From Anthoceros angustus (Eukaryota > Plantae > Anthocerotophyta): a stretch of 64,000 bases of DNA. The notes under the pieces are model-generated. The model saw nothing but the letters and a program-made list of their open reading frames with translations, was not told the DNA's origin and did no database searches. This document shows, piece after piece, positions 38,301 to 51,300 of the stretch (within the stretch, counting starts at the first letter, position 1; each line of letters starts with the position of its first letter). The translations under genes and the position numbers were made by a program. The stretch spans positions 128,247-192,246 of the forward strand of contig MU008187.1 in NCBI GenBank assembly GCA_010909165.1. Reading direction: 5' to 3'.

Positions 38301-40986
38301 GTGGTAAGTATCCTTATATATACGTAATGTAATAACAGCCTCCGCCCAATACTCTTGAGGTAAGTTGGTATGAAGTAGCATACTCGGTCATTCCAAGTAG
38401 CATCTCGATTTTACGCTCAGCAACTCCGCTCGTTGTCGAGTGTATGGAACAATAAGTTGTCTTTGAATGCCTGCTCTTGAAGGTAATCATCAAAGGCATT
38501 GTTGACAAATCCCCATTATCACTGCAGAGGACTTTAAGTAGGCATCCGATTGTCTTTGTGCAAGTGGGAGCCACTGCTTAAAGTGCATGAGAGTGTCGCT
38601 TTTCAGGTGCATGGGAAAGGTCCAGGAGTACCGACTAAAGTTGTCTGTGAGGGTTAGATAGTACAGTGCTCCACCTAGAGATGGCTCGTGGATCTTTCCA
38701 AAGATATCAGCATGCACAAGTGCAAGGATGCCTTTGCTCTATGTGCGCTTTGGGGAATGGTAGCTCTTCCGCTTGGCAAGGATGCACGACTCACGATGGG
38801 AAGATCCTAAAACAAGGTGTAGGGGTTCTCTGGCAACCTATGCGTGACATGTCAATAAGTTTATGTTAGCATGTCCTAGCTGCCATGAGATGCTAACTGG
38901 GTTGACTTCATATTGATGTAAAACGAAGAATGACTTACGGGATGAGGAGAACACCTCGCCTAACTCAGACAAGTCATGGTCGAGGATACCTCTAAATGCA
39001 CATGCGCCAAAGGAATTCTTCAAAAGCAGCAGCATCATCGACACGTATCTCATACGCTCGTCGCATGATCTTGCTCATTGACGAAGATTCTTGGCCATTT
39101 CGTACAAATAGAACTCCGATCTTCAAAGTTGTGTTGTCGTCGAGAATGAAGGTACATTGCCCATGTCCTTCAACTTTAAGGCTAGTGTCACTCCTTTCAT
39201 CACCAAGCAGGACTTTATCCTTCATTCGGCACATTGTTAAACTAGAAAATAAATTCGTGTTGTTGCAGATATGAGTAGTGGCTCCTGAGTCTTGGAACCA
39301 ATCGTCATTGGCGTGTGATGAAGTTGTCATACAGACAGTGAGGATCTTCAGTGTAGCCTTAGAGTTTTCTCCTTTCTCCTTGACAACAACATTCGCTGAC
39401 GGTCTTGTGAATTGTGGTCGTTGTGGCTCACCACCTTTCTTCTTGCGGCACTCACGTGCCCAATGTCCAGCACCACACGATTAGCTTCCGTCCGCTTGGG
39501 CACTGAGGAAGATGGGGCAACATCGACCCGACCACCAGTGTCCTACCCTTCGATTTCTTAAACCGAGCGGTGAGCACCTTGTCATTTTGTTTCTAGATCC
39601 ACTGGCAAATAGGCGTCCTTGCTCTTCCCGAAAAGGGCACCAATAACTTCTTCAAGCTTAATGGTGACAAGGTTACCAGCAGAGGATGCGGTGAGCAATT
39701 CGGATGGGTCCATTTTGTGTGGAGATAAAAGTTTTGGTAGGAGGAGGGAGGCTGCTCAGTTGAGCAATGCCTCTACCTCGTCCATCTTGCAGCCAAGGGC
39801 AACTATTTGAGCTCTCGATGGCGGAACTTGGTGACATGAGATGCCACTTTGTCTCCCTCCCTCATGCAGCCCATAGAATTCTTCCGTCGCACATAGGGTA
39901 AGAATATTATGTACCCCATATGTGGCTGCAAGTTGATTCCAAATCTCCGAAGCACTGGTGAGATACTCGACATTAGGTACGAGGTCAGCATCCAGGCCTC
40001 CAATAAGTAGAGCAAGTGCTATTGAGTTCAGTTGGTCCCACTTTTGGATGTCATTAACTGACGGGGAGGCGAGGAGTCGGGGTCAGGTTTCTTAAGTGTA
40101 GCATCGACTACGCTCCAGACACCTCGCAACCAAAGTGGACTTCATTCGAACTTTCCAGACTTGGTATCTTGTTCCATTGAATCGATCCTTTTCTTTGAGT
40201 TCAGAGGTAAAGGATGGTCCTGCAAGATTGGGAGACTGTCCCGAGCCAGAAGCCATAGACGAGGTGGTATTCTGCCCGGACTGTAAGTTGAGACGACCAA
40301 GCTGTTGTGTCATTTGATCTATAGACGCTAGGTACATGCGTAATGTGACCTTCCTTGAGTTATGACTCGTGGAAGAGAAAACACTAATTACAATGTTACT
40401 GCGCTGATTGACTTTCCTTGCAGGACTTCTAATACTTGATTCGCAGGGAGGGAGGTGTTGGGTTTATGCCAGGATACACAGATGAATATGTAGCTATCTG
40501 TCTGCCCTGACACAAGCACAACACTAATCCCTCCTAGCAAAACAAGAGCTAGAGGTCAATAATTGGCAACGTCATTCGACAGGCAGAATATGATAAGGTA
40601 AATCTTGACGCTTAATAAAAAATGCCAGTTGTTAGATTGTCAAAGTGCTCTTGGTGAAGAGGTAGAACCTAACTAAACTGTCGCGTATCCAGATTGTGTG
40701 AAGAGGCGCGACCGGTAGGTTCTGGATCCTGAGGTCCTGAGATGCGAAAGAGGGTCGACGCTCCAGCTTGATGACTGCTCGAGTGACATGGAGGATGCCA
40801 GGTGACGCTTCATCAAGATTGGTGACGTGCCTCCGCCCAGCGCCCCGCCGCTCGCATGGAAATGGTCAGAAGATGCAATCACTAGCGGAGGGAGAGATCT
40901 GATGATTTCTCTCCTCTTGTTGGCGCCCAAGCTCAATCTTTTTCATGAGATCAACCACTTCATTGATCTGGTATTTGATTGAGCTT
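35315..40986 (-). mobile_element. Ty1/copia retrotransposon (gag-PR-IN-RT-RH, frameshifted); 5' end cut off at the TIR transposon end
   Basis: Gag 'FNGTRYQVWKVRM', protease 'WFQDSGATTHICN', integrase 'HADIFG..TDNFSRY..SDNG', RT 'QMDVCTAFLYG..YGLKQSGR..LYVDD', RNase H 'SSTEAEY..CDNMSA..RTKHIEIQHHYIRD'. Putative 3' LTR at 35315-35433 (TG...CA) followed by the PPT complement CTCCCTC. Confidence 0.92.
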
Positions 40987-41014
40987 AACATGATAATCTT
41001 GGAAGGGGGTTAAT
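40987..41014 (+). repeat. Left terminal inverted repeat of the large MTase-carrying DNA transposon
   Basis: AACATGATAATCTTGGAAGGGGGTTAAT matches the TIR of the 13888-15722 element at 25/28. The subterminal AACCCCCTTC motifs are also shared. It lies where copia-like sequence appears to stop. Confidence 0.7.
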
Positions 41015-41503
41015 ATACAAACCCCCTTCCGCACAACCGAAACCCCCTTCACAAAAAAGACACCGTTCGGGAAATGCAAAATACGTCGAATCCTCCGTCA
41101 ACAGCACCATGCTAAATACTAAAGGGGAAAAAACATTGATATTTCACAATTCATAAAACACGAGGGCTCGGCGCGCTGGCCGGCCGCCAGTATCCTTGCC
41201 CATGGCTATGCTTTGACACAAGTAATGAAAGAAAATCTCGATATCACCGCTTTCAAAACCCTCTTCCGTCCCTCGAATATAGTCTTTCCTCTACAAAGAT
41301 CCTCAAAGTGACCGATCCGAGACTCATCTGCGCTTGGGTGGCTTCAATCTAAAACAATCGCCAGTTGCATGCGTCCAATTCTACTACATCGCTGCTACCG
41401 CCAGGGCCTTCGCTTCATCATCTTCGCGTTGTCGCCTCCCTTGTCGCCACCACTCCTGCACACGATCCGTGGTTTGTTGTCCTTCCTCTAGCAAGTCCCC
41501 TGC

Positions 41504-42401
41504 TTATGCCATCCTCCTTGCACTAAGTGGAACCACCGAGCCAACAATTTTTTCGCTAATACAAACTTCTTTAGCCCAGAATTGTGCTGCTCCTCTCCGG
41601 TGGGCCTCGAATGTGAGCTCCTCTTTCCAGTCTGGCAAAACCTCGAAACCATGTATGCGTTGTGGGATATAACCAGCACAGCGGAGGTCAGCCTCTATGG
41701 CAATAGAATTGCGTCCAGAAAGCAATGCTGCCAGTGTTGTTGTCCCACTTCCTGCGCAACCATCCAGAATCCAATCTCCTTCTTTCGAGAATGTTTTGAT
41801 GAATTTCATCATCAACCCGAGAGGTCTTTGGTACGGGCACACCACCATTTTGTCTTGAGACATGTACACCTGCTTCTTCACCACAATATCATGTGCAATC
41901 ACGGATCGTCCATTGTTAAAAGTCCCCTTCGTAATATTGGGCGTCATAGCCGCCTCTTGTCTTCGAGCCTTCCTTCACACACCAAGCAATCTATGTACTC
42001 CAGTCTCAAATCCACACATTACTCATGTTTGTTTTGTCCCAAACGAAGGACACCATTCCACCCTTGCCACATAATCCACGCATGCACTCTCTCACAAGGT
42101 GAGCTTCTTCCACTCCGTGCATGACAATGAGCCTGAATTCTTCCGCCGTCGTCTTCTCCTGGAAGCTTTGGAAAACTGTGTTCATCATGCCTGCATCCAA
42201 CCGACTATCCATAGGACCAATGTCAAAGCCTCTTGGGACATCCATAACCAGAAGGGTATAAGCCCGCGTCCGAAGGAATCCCCGCATCTCCATAATGTTT
42301 CTTTTTTCCACTTGATAGTAACACTCTTTCTCGGACCACAGAGCGGTGAACAAGTGCGGTCGTCTTTCAAATCCTTGTCGTGATTGGCTGCTCATCCTCA
42401 A
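41504..42401 (-). pseudogene. Beta-class N4-cytosine/N6-adenine DNA methyltransferase domain (N6_N4_Mtase-like)
   Basis: Motif IV-like 'TLLVMDVPRGFD' (DVPR at 42231-42242) and 'FVWDK' precede 'PYQRPLGLMMKFIKTFSKEGDWILDGCAGSGTTTLAALLSGRNSIAIEAD' (motifs X, I and II; motif I at ~41735-41770). This order is the beta class. There is a frame break near 42000. Confidence 0.88.
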
Positions 42402-42482
42402 GACTCTTCCAGCTTGTTAATCTCAAATATGAAGTTCTTGAAATCCTCCGGCTTTTGCAAATTCTCCACATCCTTTATTTTT

Positions 42483-42812
42483 GACGCCGAGAAAGAAAAA
42501 CGTTAGAGCAGGACACCACATTCCTATTGTATTCAAACAAGCGGTGTGATGGCGAAGGAGGGTGTGAAAGACGCCGACCGGCGCCTTCACACCCTCCATC
42601 GACGTTTGGGGCTGCACCATGCCACGGGCGCGGCGGCGCCGCCTCGGCGGGGTGGCGGGGCATGGGCGCCGGCCGGCGCGCCGTGACATGTGCGCTGCGC
42701 ATCAAAGATAGTGGGGGCGGCCGGCGCCTCCCCACTATCGTGCCATTCTCGACAGACGTGGCGAGGGGCGCGCCGGCGCGCCTCGCGAATGCAACGAAAA
42801 CCAAAGCGACTC
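42483..42812. mobile_element. GC-rich ~330-bp MITE-like insertion interrupting the MTase gene
   Basis: Abrupt GC-rich block with GGCCGGCGCC repeats. Host reading '..EGEIRHHDN' stops at ~42813 and resumes as 'KDVENLQKPEDFKNF' at ~42476. The ends GACGCC / GCGACTC are only weakly inverted. Confidence 0.55.
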
Positions 42813-43346
42813 ATTGTCGTGGTGACGGATCTCACCTTCCCAAAGAAAAGCCGTTTGAAACCGAGCAATCATGTCGTCCGTTGAGTGTAGAGGATATTCC
42901 TTCCTCACTTCCTCGAAGATGAGCACTCGGATGTTTAGCCATGGCCACTTGAATAACATGCGCTTTTCTTGAAGTAATTTCGTCCTCCATTCCTTTGAGA
43001 TCGAGGATGCTCTCCTTCCCTCTGCGTGACAAGAATCTGCGCCCACATTCACCATCGTATACCGGAATGATTTCCGTGGTTTCAGCATGTCTTTCGGCTT
43101 GAAATACATCGCTTCCACGTGTTTGGGATCATCCGTGACTTTCCTTTTCCCTTCCCTTTCTTGGTGCCAGTATGTGCTTCTTCCGCCTCGTAACTCGCCC
43201 GCTTCCCACTTTGAAAAGATCTTATCAATATTATCCCATACCTTGCCCTCCCGCCGCGATGCATGATGTGTGTCCTGTTGTCCACTTTGTTCTCGCTTGT
43301 ACACGTCATCTTCGCGCCTTCATCATCTTCAATTAATCCAAGAACC

Positions 43347-43663
43347 TTATAAAGATTGAACTTCCATGACATGGTCATCGCACTCCATCCCGACGCCGTT
43401 AAGAAGCTCATCTCGTAAATATCTTACCTGTTCAATAAAAGACATTTTCTTCCGCTTGTCAGACATTGTGTTATGGTCGGTTGCAAGAACTCTCATCTCC
43501 GGCACCGTAAGCCCACAGTATACATGCGCTTCAACATATTGAAAACAGGACTTCCCCGGAGCAATATCGGCCAAGTGCTTCATAGCAGCATATGTGTGGT
43601 TCCCCCCAAGTACACCCATAATATATTTCTTGGCCCGGACCGCCACCAACTTGCTAATATCGC
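43347..43663 (-). pseudogene. ParB/sulfiredoxin-like domain, C-terminal half (N-terminal half at 58113-58330)
   Basis: 'YIMGVLGGNHTYAAMKHL....VEAHVYCGLTVPEMRVLATDHN'; GGNH occupies the ParB DGxHR position. It joins in frame to '..QIRRVDEAWSNYLAGYLKG..GVLPLLCMIDPGEC' across the gypsy insertion. Confidence 0.72.
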
Positions 43664-46600
43664 TGTGGTGACCACATGGGTACTCGCATTCTAAAGGAGT
43701 GTTTTTTGTTTTGTGTTTAAGTTGCGAGAATCGTGTGGAGTTGGAATGTGAAGTAGGTTAGGAAATAAAGAAAAGTCTACTAGAGCCTAGTAGGAGGAAG
43801 AGAGTCTAGTCCCGATCCCGGATGTAACCTCGGAGGGTTCTGCTCGACCGTTGCTAACGCGTTGCTAGGGCTGCTACTGTGGCTGCTATGACCACAACCG
43901 ACTCGGAGCCTGCTATGGTAGCAACCAAGTTGGAGTTTCTTTTCGATGACTTCGGAAAATCCAATCGATGGAATCACAAGGAATACCCAAACGGAAGTAA
44001 CGGGGTCCTATTGGCAATTAAGTCCACATGGAAGAGTATTTGCATCGAATCCAGCGGATCGAAGACGGCGCCACCGAATTCGAGCGCCGTGGGTGGAGGC
44101 CGGAGCGAACGCCGGACGGATGCAAGGCGAGGTGTCAGCGGATCGAAGTCGCCAGCAACGAGCGCTGGCCAGCAGGAGACCAAACCGGTTTGGCGGGGAT
44201 TGAGAGGGCCGTGGAGGAAGCGGAGCGCAAACCGGAGGAAGAAGGAGAAGGCTAGGCGGGCGGCGGAATGAAGGTCTGGAGAACGCCCAAAGTGCGCGGG
44301 CGTGCAATGGAGGGCAGTCAGCTGGCCAGAAATCGCCCATCGAGTGGGGAGTAATCGGGCCGTGCAACTCCTGGAGAAGGCTAGGCGGGCGGCTCAGGTG
44401 TGGCGACTGGTGCCGCAGGAAGCTAACAAGAGTGTGGCAAGTTGATAGGCTGTGAAGGGGGCCGGGAACTCAGAAAGAGAAGTGTGCAACGGGGCAGCCC
44501 GCAAACTGGAGGCACGCACCCTGGGGAGGTCGCGGGCAGGGGCAAGACAAAGCGCACTAGGGGTCGCCGCTCAACTGCGGTTGCAGGATACACCTCCAAG
44601 CCTCATACAACCGAGGTAGGCCGGAAGCAGCCGATCGCCCGAGCCGGTGAGGTGTATTGGCGGTCGGGGTTTCACCCGCAGAGGCCGGTCAAGTCACAAA
44701 ACGGGGTCGGAAGCATAGACGCAGCCGGACACCTTTGCTCGTAAGCTCTAAGCTTGTGTCATAGGACGTGGAGCATGGCACCTAAGAAGAACCCTCCGGC
44801 CGCCATTGAGGCCATTACGACCGCCCAATGGCCCAATATGGGGCAATCGGAGAGTGAAGGCGGGGTCTTTAGTGGCTAAGCATCACCGTCCTTCATGGAC
44901 AAAAAGTGGTGCTACAATAGCCCCACGTTGGTTTTGGAGTGCAGAGCGCATGAGGGAGAAGGCCATTGGGGAAGGCAACGTGAGGACCAACCCCGCACTG
45001 GAATATTCACTGCTCCGGCTGTTTATGAGAGACCAAGAGGAATGTATGGATAATCATTGACCCTTTCAGAAACCATCTCCTCAAAAGTCGCAGGAGGCAC
45101 AAGCGTCATTGCTCCCACATTGTCTAGAGTGGAGAATGGCCGGGTCACCAACAAGCTAGACCTCGAAATGGCCGGATTAGCCAGTGATCCTGCTCACCTC
45201 ACTAAGAAGCCGGAGCACACACGACTTTCCTTGTCTTTCTATGAGGTGGTGAGAGGGTCCAAGATAGATTGGGCCAGATGTTCTATGACACAGTGCGTGG
45301 AGAGGGACCACTTGACCCTACCATCACCTAGCCCCTCCCTCTATCTCCCTTCTTAATCCACGTTTTGACCATGCCAAGTTGCCGGAGGGAATGGAGATGG
45401 TCTCACCACTGGAGGCCGTGTTTGAAAGAAGGAAGCCCAAAGAGGAGTCGAGGAAGAGGCCATCTCCAGTGGCACCGGGAGTGAAGATGAGAAGTCCAAG
45501 TGTCCATGAAAGGAATGTGACTGTGGCTAAGTACCATTGCTAACAAGGCAATCAGTTGCTAAGGCCCCAACAGTACCAAGAGGAGCCGGGAGCAACGGGA
45601 CTCCAACAACACCTAGAGCCACAAGAGCGCACGGGAGCTCACCGACAAGCAAGACAAGGGCAAGGCTGTGGCAGCACCAATATCCTGTGAGCCTGTGGTT
45701 GGGGAAACCACAGTCAGCAGGAGGAATCACCAACCTTGGGCACGCCGAGCTGATCCGAGAAAGCGACTACCACTGCTCAACGGTGGCTTTCAAGTATACC
45801 CCGAAGTTGTGACAAGCACCGCGAGATAGGAAGGAGGGAGCCCATTCCCAAGAAGGTTTGGGACCTAACATCACCCAAGAGTTGGTTTCAGCTATGGCAC
45901 GCACTGTGGGAGATGGAAGATCGATAGCTCGGTCCTCCTTGTTAGGTTTACAGCGCAGAAGGAAGCAACAGGAGCAATGGAGGAGCTCCAAGATGAAGAA
46001 GGAGAAGGAGGTTTTGAGGGACGCCTAAGCTTGGAAGTGGAAATAGGAAGGTCCGAGGAGTTGCAAGAAGTCTAAGGACCAGAAGCCTCATGGCTCGCCT
46101 CACACACAAGCACCATAGGAGAGCTGCAGTTATTTCGATGCACAAGTGCAGCCGAAACCTCGGATGCCTCACTGGCGCTACAGAAGGAGAGGGACGAGGC
46201 TAGGAAAGGTCGGAAGGAGGCCAAGAGGGCTGTGATTGCAAGGAGGGCCACCGTGGAAGAGGCAGGCTCCTATGGAAGAATCTGCCGAGTTAGCAAGAGG
46301 AGGTTGCTAAGCAACCGCCGCTGCTTAGGAAGCAATGCACTGCTGCTAGGAAGCAACAGCTCCAAGACCAAAGCACAAGAAGGAAGAACGTAAGATCGTG
46401 AGGAGGACAACAGCTGTGGGGAGCGGTAAGCACCGCCTAAGAAGTCTAACTTCCCAATGGTGCATTAGATTGAGGGATGCTTATCAAGATAATCATGTGC
46501 CCGGATTCTCCTTGGCCGGAGAGAAGATTGTCACCGAAAGTTTATGTTGTTGTGGGCACAGGGGGACATGGAGGTACTTGATCCATGCCTTGACGCACGG

Positions 46601-48026
46601 ATCCTACCTATGGGTTGGACTTTACGGAGGAGACTCACCGACCCATCCAGATTCAAGAGCTCACCGAGGAGGAGTACTGTGCATGCGGCGAGCACAAGAG
46701 AGGAGGAGTCCAGCTGAGGAGGTGGAGATTTTGTGGGAGAGATTGCCCAACCACCAAGAGGAGAGAGCAAGAGGAGAACATGCTAGGGCCTAGGAGGCCT
46801 GTGAGGGATAATAGGGTAAGTGGCCCAAATAGATGAAGGCCCATGTGTTATAGATCATCTTCCTCATAGTGGATAGAATTAAGAGATAGGCCTCTAGGAT
46901 TGGTAGGCTAAGACCGATTGGTATTTTGGCAAGTAGCGCCGCTTTGTGGGCTGATCTTGGGTATAAGAGGCAGCCTCTTGATGAAATGCAAGCAATGTTG
47001 GCCTAAAGTCTCGGTGTTTGGGGTGAGCACGGGGTTTGGGGGGGTACTGATCCAAGGTGTGAGTCTAGCACCGCTCCTGTGAGGAGCCGAGAAGACTACT
47101 GTTGCCCAGATCCGTGTGACCGATCCGCAAGAGTGGTGGAAAGCAAGGGAGGGAACTGTGGTCTCCTTGGGGAGTTCCCAAGGATAAGAGGAAGGGGTTG
47201 TGAAGCCGGGAGGCTGCCCATTCCTTACTCATTCCTTCATTTTGTCTAGTACTCACCTTGTGTTTGAGTTTTCGTGGTGTCGGAGGTCATGTGGGAAAAG
47301 GAGACAAGGCGGGAGCCTGTGTGGGTGGAAGAGAAGGTCAAGTGAGAACTGGGTTTGTATGCTTGGAAAATGTGAGCGAAAAGTGAACTGTGAGAGGAGT
47401 GGAAATCCGGGACATGGAGAGTTGTGATTGTGGAGAGAAGTAAGAGGGATTGGAGAAGACCTGTAAGTGATGTTTTTTGAGAAAGTGGAGATTGAATGAG
47501 GCCGTGAGGTGTGAGAACAAGGAGCGAAGAGGTACTTGGAGTCAGAGCCTGGGAGGACCTCAAGGAAGCTTGGGAGGAAAGCTGAAAGGTTGAGGGAAGA
47601 AAGAGATCTGGGAAGGGGAGTAAGGAGGTGTGATGTAACCCCGATTGGTGGATCCGACTTTGTGGAAGGATAAGAGAGAGGGTGTCCAATCTTATCCACT
47701 TGGACCCCAAGTGGGCCCCCACCTTCTATTAATAGCTGTGCCCGAACCCAGATGGGCCCCGCTAGAATAGAGGGTGGTTGCTAAGATAGCAACCCTGCCC
47801 TGCTAAGGTAGCAACAGGCGTGGCTAAGATAGCCATGTGTCCGAGTGTTAGGATAGTAGTGGTCTCAGTCGCTAGATGTTTTGTATGTCCGTGTTTGGTT
47901 GGATTGGCTATGTTTTGGTTGTCTTGACACGAAATCACTCCCTTGGGTACGAATCTCAAGTCTACAACGATAAAGAGGGTAAATGTGGCCTCTTTGTGAC
48001 CACTTGGTTTAGAAAATCACTCCACA
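43664..48026 (+). repeat. 5' LTR (~4.36 kb)
   Basis: TGTGGTGACCACATGGGTACT ... AAAATCACTCCACA; collinear with 53861-58112. Confidence 0.95.
44775..46840 (+). pseudogene. LTR-embedded accessory ORF (MAPKK... start, coiled-coil middle); second copy at 54901-~56925
   Basis: ATG GCA CCT AAG AAG in both LTRs. Shared peptide blocks across frameshifts include 'FYEVVRGSKIDWA', an E/K/R-rich segment and 'WCIRLRDAYQDNHVPGFSL..TWRYLIHALT..PTYGLDFTEETHRP'. Confidence 0.55.
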
Positions 48027-48389
48027 TTGGCGCCTGCTGCCGGGAGTGTCATTGTTGTCAAGACCTTAGAGTAGACTAACCTTGTCTAGTAGTGTATTGG
48101 GAGTCTTGAGTGTGACATGGATGCTACCCATTGAGTCTCGAAAGTTCCGACCCACCGTGAAGAGAAGACTCAAAGAAGAAGACAACGCTGCCGTGGAGCG
48201 AGGGCGAAGGGTCGCAGAGCCGAGGAGAGCAGCAGTAACGCACTGCCGAGGAGCCAAGAAGCAAGCAACAGTCGCCTAGGACGACCATCCTTGTCTTCCG
48301 ACCGTGGCGAACTTGTGCAACCGTGAACTCAAAGACAGTATGCTACAGAGATCCTGCTGTTAGACCAACAATCGCGTTGGGATAGTGAC

Positions 48390-51300
48390 GATCATGGCGA
48401 CTTCAGCCTTTTGCAATAACTACCAAGCAGCCATACCCACTGTATGGAGAGAAGAAGGGGTATGAAGATCCAGACGAGTTTGTTGAACGCTTTGAGCAAC
48501 TAACCATTGCAAATCAGGAATCTGGGGATCTGCAGCGTATTCACTCTTCTACGGAGTTCTTCATGGAGGGCCAGCCAAGTGGTACAAGAGGGAGTACCTC
48601 ATCAAGACTAAAGAACCTTCAACGAATCAAGAAAGCCTTTTGTGAGAGGTTCAGGGGAATAGATGTAGAAGGCTACGTGTTGTCAAAGTTGGAGTTTTTG
48701 AGGAGAAGAAGGAAGGAGACCTTGCAAGCTTATGTTGAGAGGTTTCTTAACTTGCGTGATCGTAGTGGTCCTCACTGACGACAGTGCCATCTTGGTTTGC
48801 TAAGGGGTTAGATCCGAGATGGGCCGACATGTGAGGCAGAGAAAGACGAGACAAGGCCATCAAGGCACTCAACTACGAAGAATCCAACTCCTTGGACAAG
48901 AAGAAGCACAAGAAGGAAAAGAGCAAGAAGAAGAAGTCCAAGCGAGGAAGAAGGACAAGGGATCTTCGTCGCCGGAGGAGGAAGAGGAGAGTGACTCCTC
49001 TCAAGACTCGACTGGAGGACTCTTCCTGAGGATGGCAGACGGAGGAAGAATCCTCAAGACGAGACGCAGGAAGAAGAAGAAGGTTGGCGCTAAGAAGAAA
49101 CCAGAGGCTCGAGGATCAAGGGAGCCGTATGGCTAAACAAGAGTGCTAGAAGGAAGTGGAACAAGTCAAGAGGAGGCTCGCAGTCAAGAAGGTGCAACAA
49201 GAAGAAATGAAGATGGAGGAAATGATGAGCAAATTCGAGAAGTTTCACCTCAACGGTGAAGGAGCATGAGAAGAGGAGAGTGCATCCAAAGGCTCGGGCT
49301 AACTGCTTTGTTCCACTTGTGGCCAGCCAGCCACACTAAGTCCAACTGTGGCCAAGGTGGTGCACATGCTCACGAGGAGGAGGAAGAGGATCGCTGGAGG
49401 ATACCTACCGATCCGTGAGGTTTCAGGACAACCCAAGACCGCCCATCCATCGGCTGCGAATTCCATGGGCATTCGAACAACCAAGTGCCTGTGGTTGCTA
49501 ACCAAGCAACGGTGCGGTTCACAACCGTAGGGGCTTTGGTCATTATGCAAATAGCTGTTCATCAGACAAGAGCCAATGGTGACTACGAACCCGTGCCAAG
49601 ACCGCAAACAATGTGGTCATGTAGCGGGAGTGTCACTTGCCCAAACCGAGGAAGATCTGCTCAATTGCTCAACCACCGCGATGGGGTTCGCAAGCGCATC
49701 CCAAGGAGCCGTGGCATGCACGTGGAGGATGCCCTTATGGTGCTTGGGGAGGATGCGGAAGCCATGGTGTTGCGGAGCTAGATGGACCGGGGGTGCAGGA
49801 GACTACGAGAGGCGCAGCCATGGTCAGGCGCACTAGGAATGAAAAGCTAGGAGGAAGAAGAAGAAAGAGACGGAGGTGCAATCACCACAAAGTCAAGAGA
49901 GCACTCCAAGCCCGGAGGGAACGGATCTAGAGGAGACACTTGAGAAGGAGAACCCCGAGAAGGAAGAATCAAGGAGTGAATCGCCTGGGGCCATGCCGGA
50001 GAAAAAGAAGTTCCAAAGAAAAGGGAGAGGAAACCCGAGTTTCCACCGGACGCGGAAGTCATGGAGATGATAGAGGAGGAATTGACCAAGACAAAAAACC
50101 GCCGAGCTCGTGATCCTCGAGACCGCAAAGTCCTCTCGAGTTAGCAACCGCTGCTAAGGCGGCCGTTAAGCAACCGCCGACGTTGTTGCTAAGGGAGCAA
50201 CCGCGATCGCTGGGAAGAAGGAGGGACCGATCGAGGACCATTTAACCTTGCCAAGCCATCATGGATCAGAATTTGCCATCACGCTTTGGTCAACTATTGA
50301 AGGACAACCCCAAGTACAGCAACAAGTTCGGGGCCTTGCAAGAAGCGCAACCCAAGAGGAAGAGGCGATTGCCAAGCCAGACCAAGGGTCACTCACGCCA
50401 ACCTAGTGTCCATGATAGACCAAGGGCCGGAGTCAAGTGGAGATCGCCGGTCACATCAAGCGGGTTCCCGGATACCGGATCCGGTGAACATCATGACTAA
50501 GGGACAGCAAGGAAGCTTGGGTTGGACATTGAGCATACCACAGGCCGAGATTACCGACATGTCAAAAATGCATGTGGGAGAATCAAGGAGTAACCACCAT
50601 CATAGGGACCATTCCTATCTCATGGACTATGTGGTTATCACAAGGCGCCTGTGGTATGACATCCTATTGGGGAAGGACCCCGTATGGCTCAAGATGCAAG
50701 ATGACTTGGGAGGAAGGAAGTGGCTTTTAAGCCAATGGATTGGGACCCCAAGACGAAGGAGGGCGAATTTGTTTGAGTTGGAGGATACCACCGTGGGGAG
50801 ACTCCTACAAAGAACGGAAGGATACACATCACCGGAGAAACATCCGACTGGAGGAAGAAGGAACTCGGACAAATTTCCTTTTGCACATATCGCATGGTCG
50901 ATGAGGAGGAAGAGTATAGGAGGGATATCCCTTACTCCCTCAATTTGGTGGACCGCTTTGGTTCATGGAGGACCGCACGGAGAGCCGACAGAACCGCTGC
51001 TAACGCGCTAAGGAAGCAGATTCGAAAAGGCTAAGGAAGCGATCTCGACAGGGTTGCTAAGGAAGCAACGAGGACCAAGAACAGTGAGGGTGAGCGAGAT
51101 CATTCGATTCACCTCCGAGGACCTATTTAGGGAGTGGGGATGAGGGAAGAGGACCTCGTGAACCGGAGGAAGGGTTTGGTGAGAGTTCAAGACCCGTGGA
51201 GCGAGAATGGGTACAAGCGGACGAGATTAAGGATGTGGAGGTATTGCGAAGGTGCTGAAGTTTGCACGATACCGGAACCAGCGTTGGAAGAAGGAATGAA

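Noticed and set aside
41504-42401. Bacterial restriction-modification system or contaminant contig
   Set aside because: No endonuclease or operon context. The gene is interrupted by a plant LTR element and lies among plant TEs and intron-containing plant genes.
47246-47722. Minus-strand S/L/P-rich ORFs in the LTRs (also 57357-57774)
   Set aside because: By-product of the purine-rich plus strand of the LTR; no domain signal.
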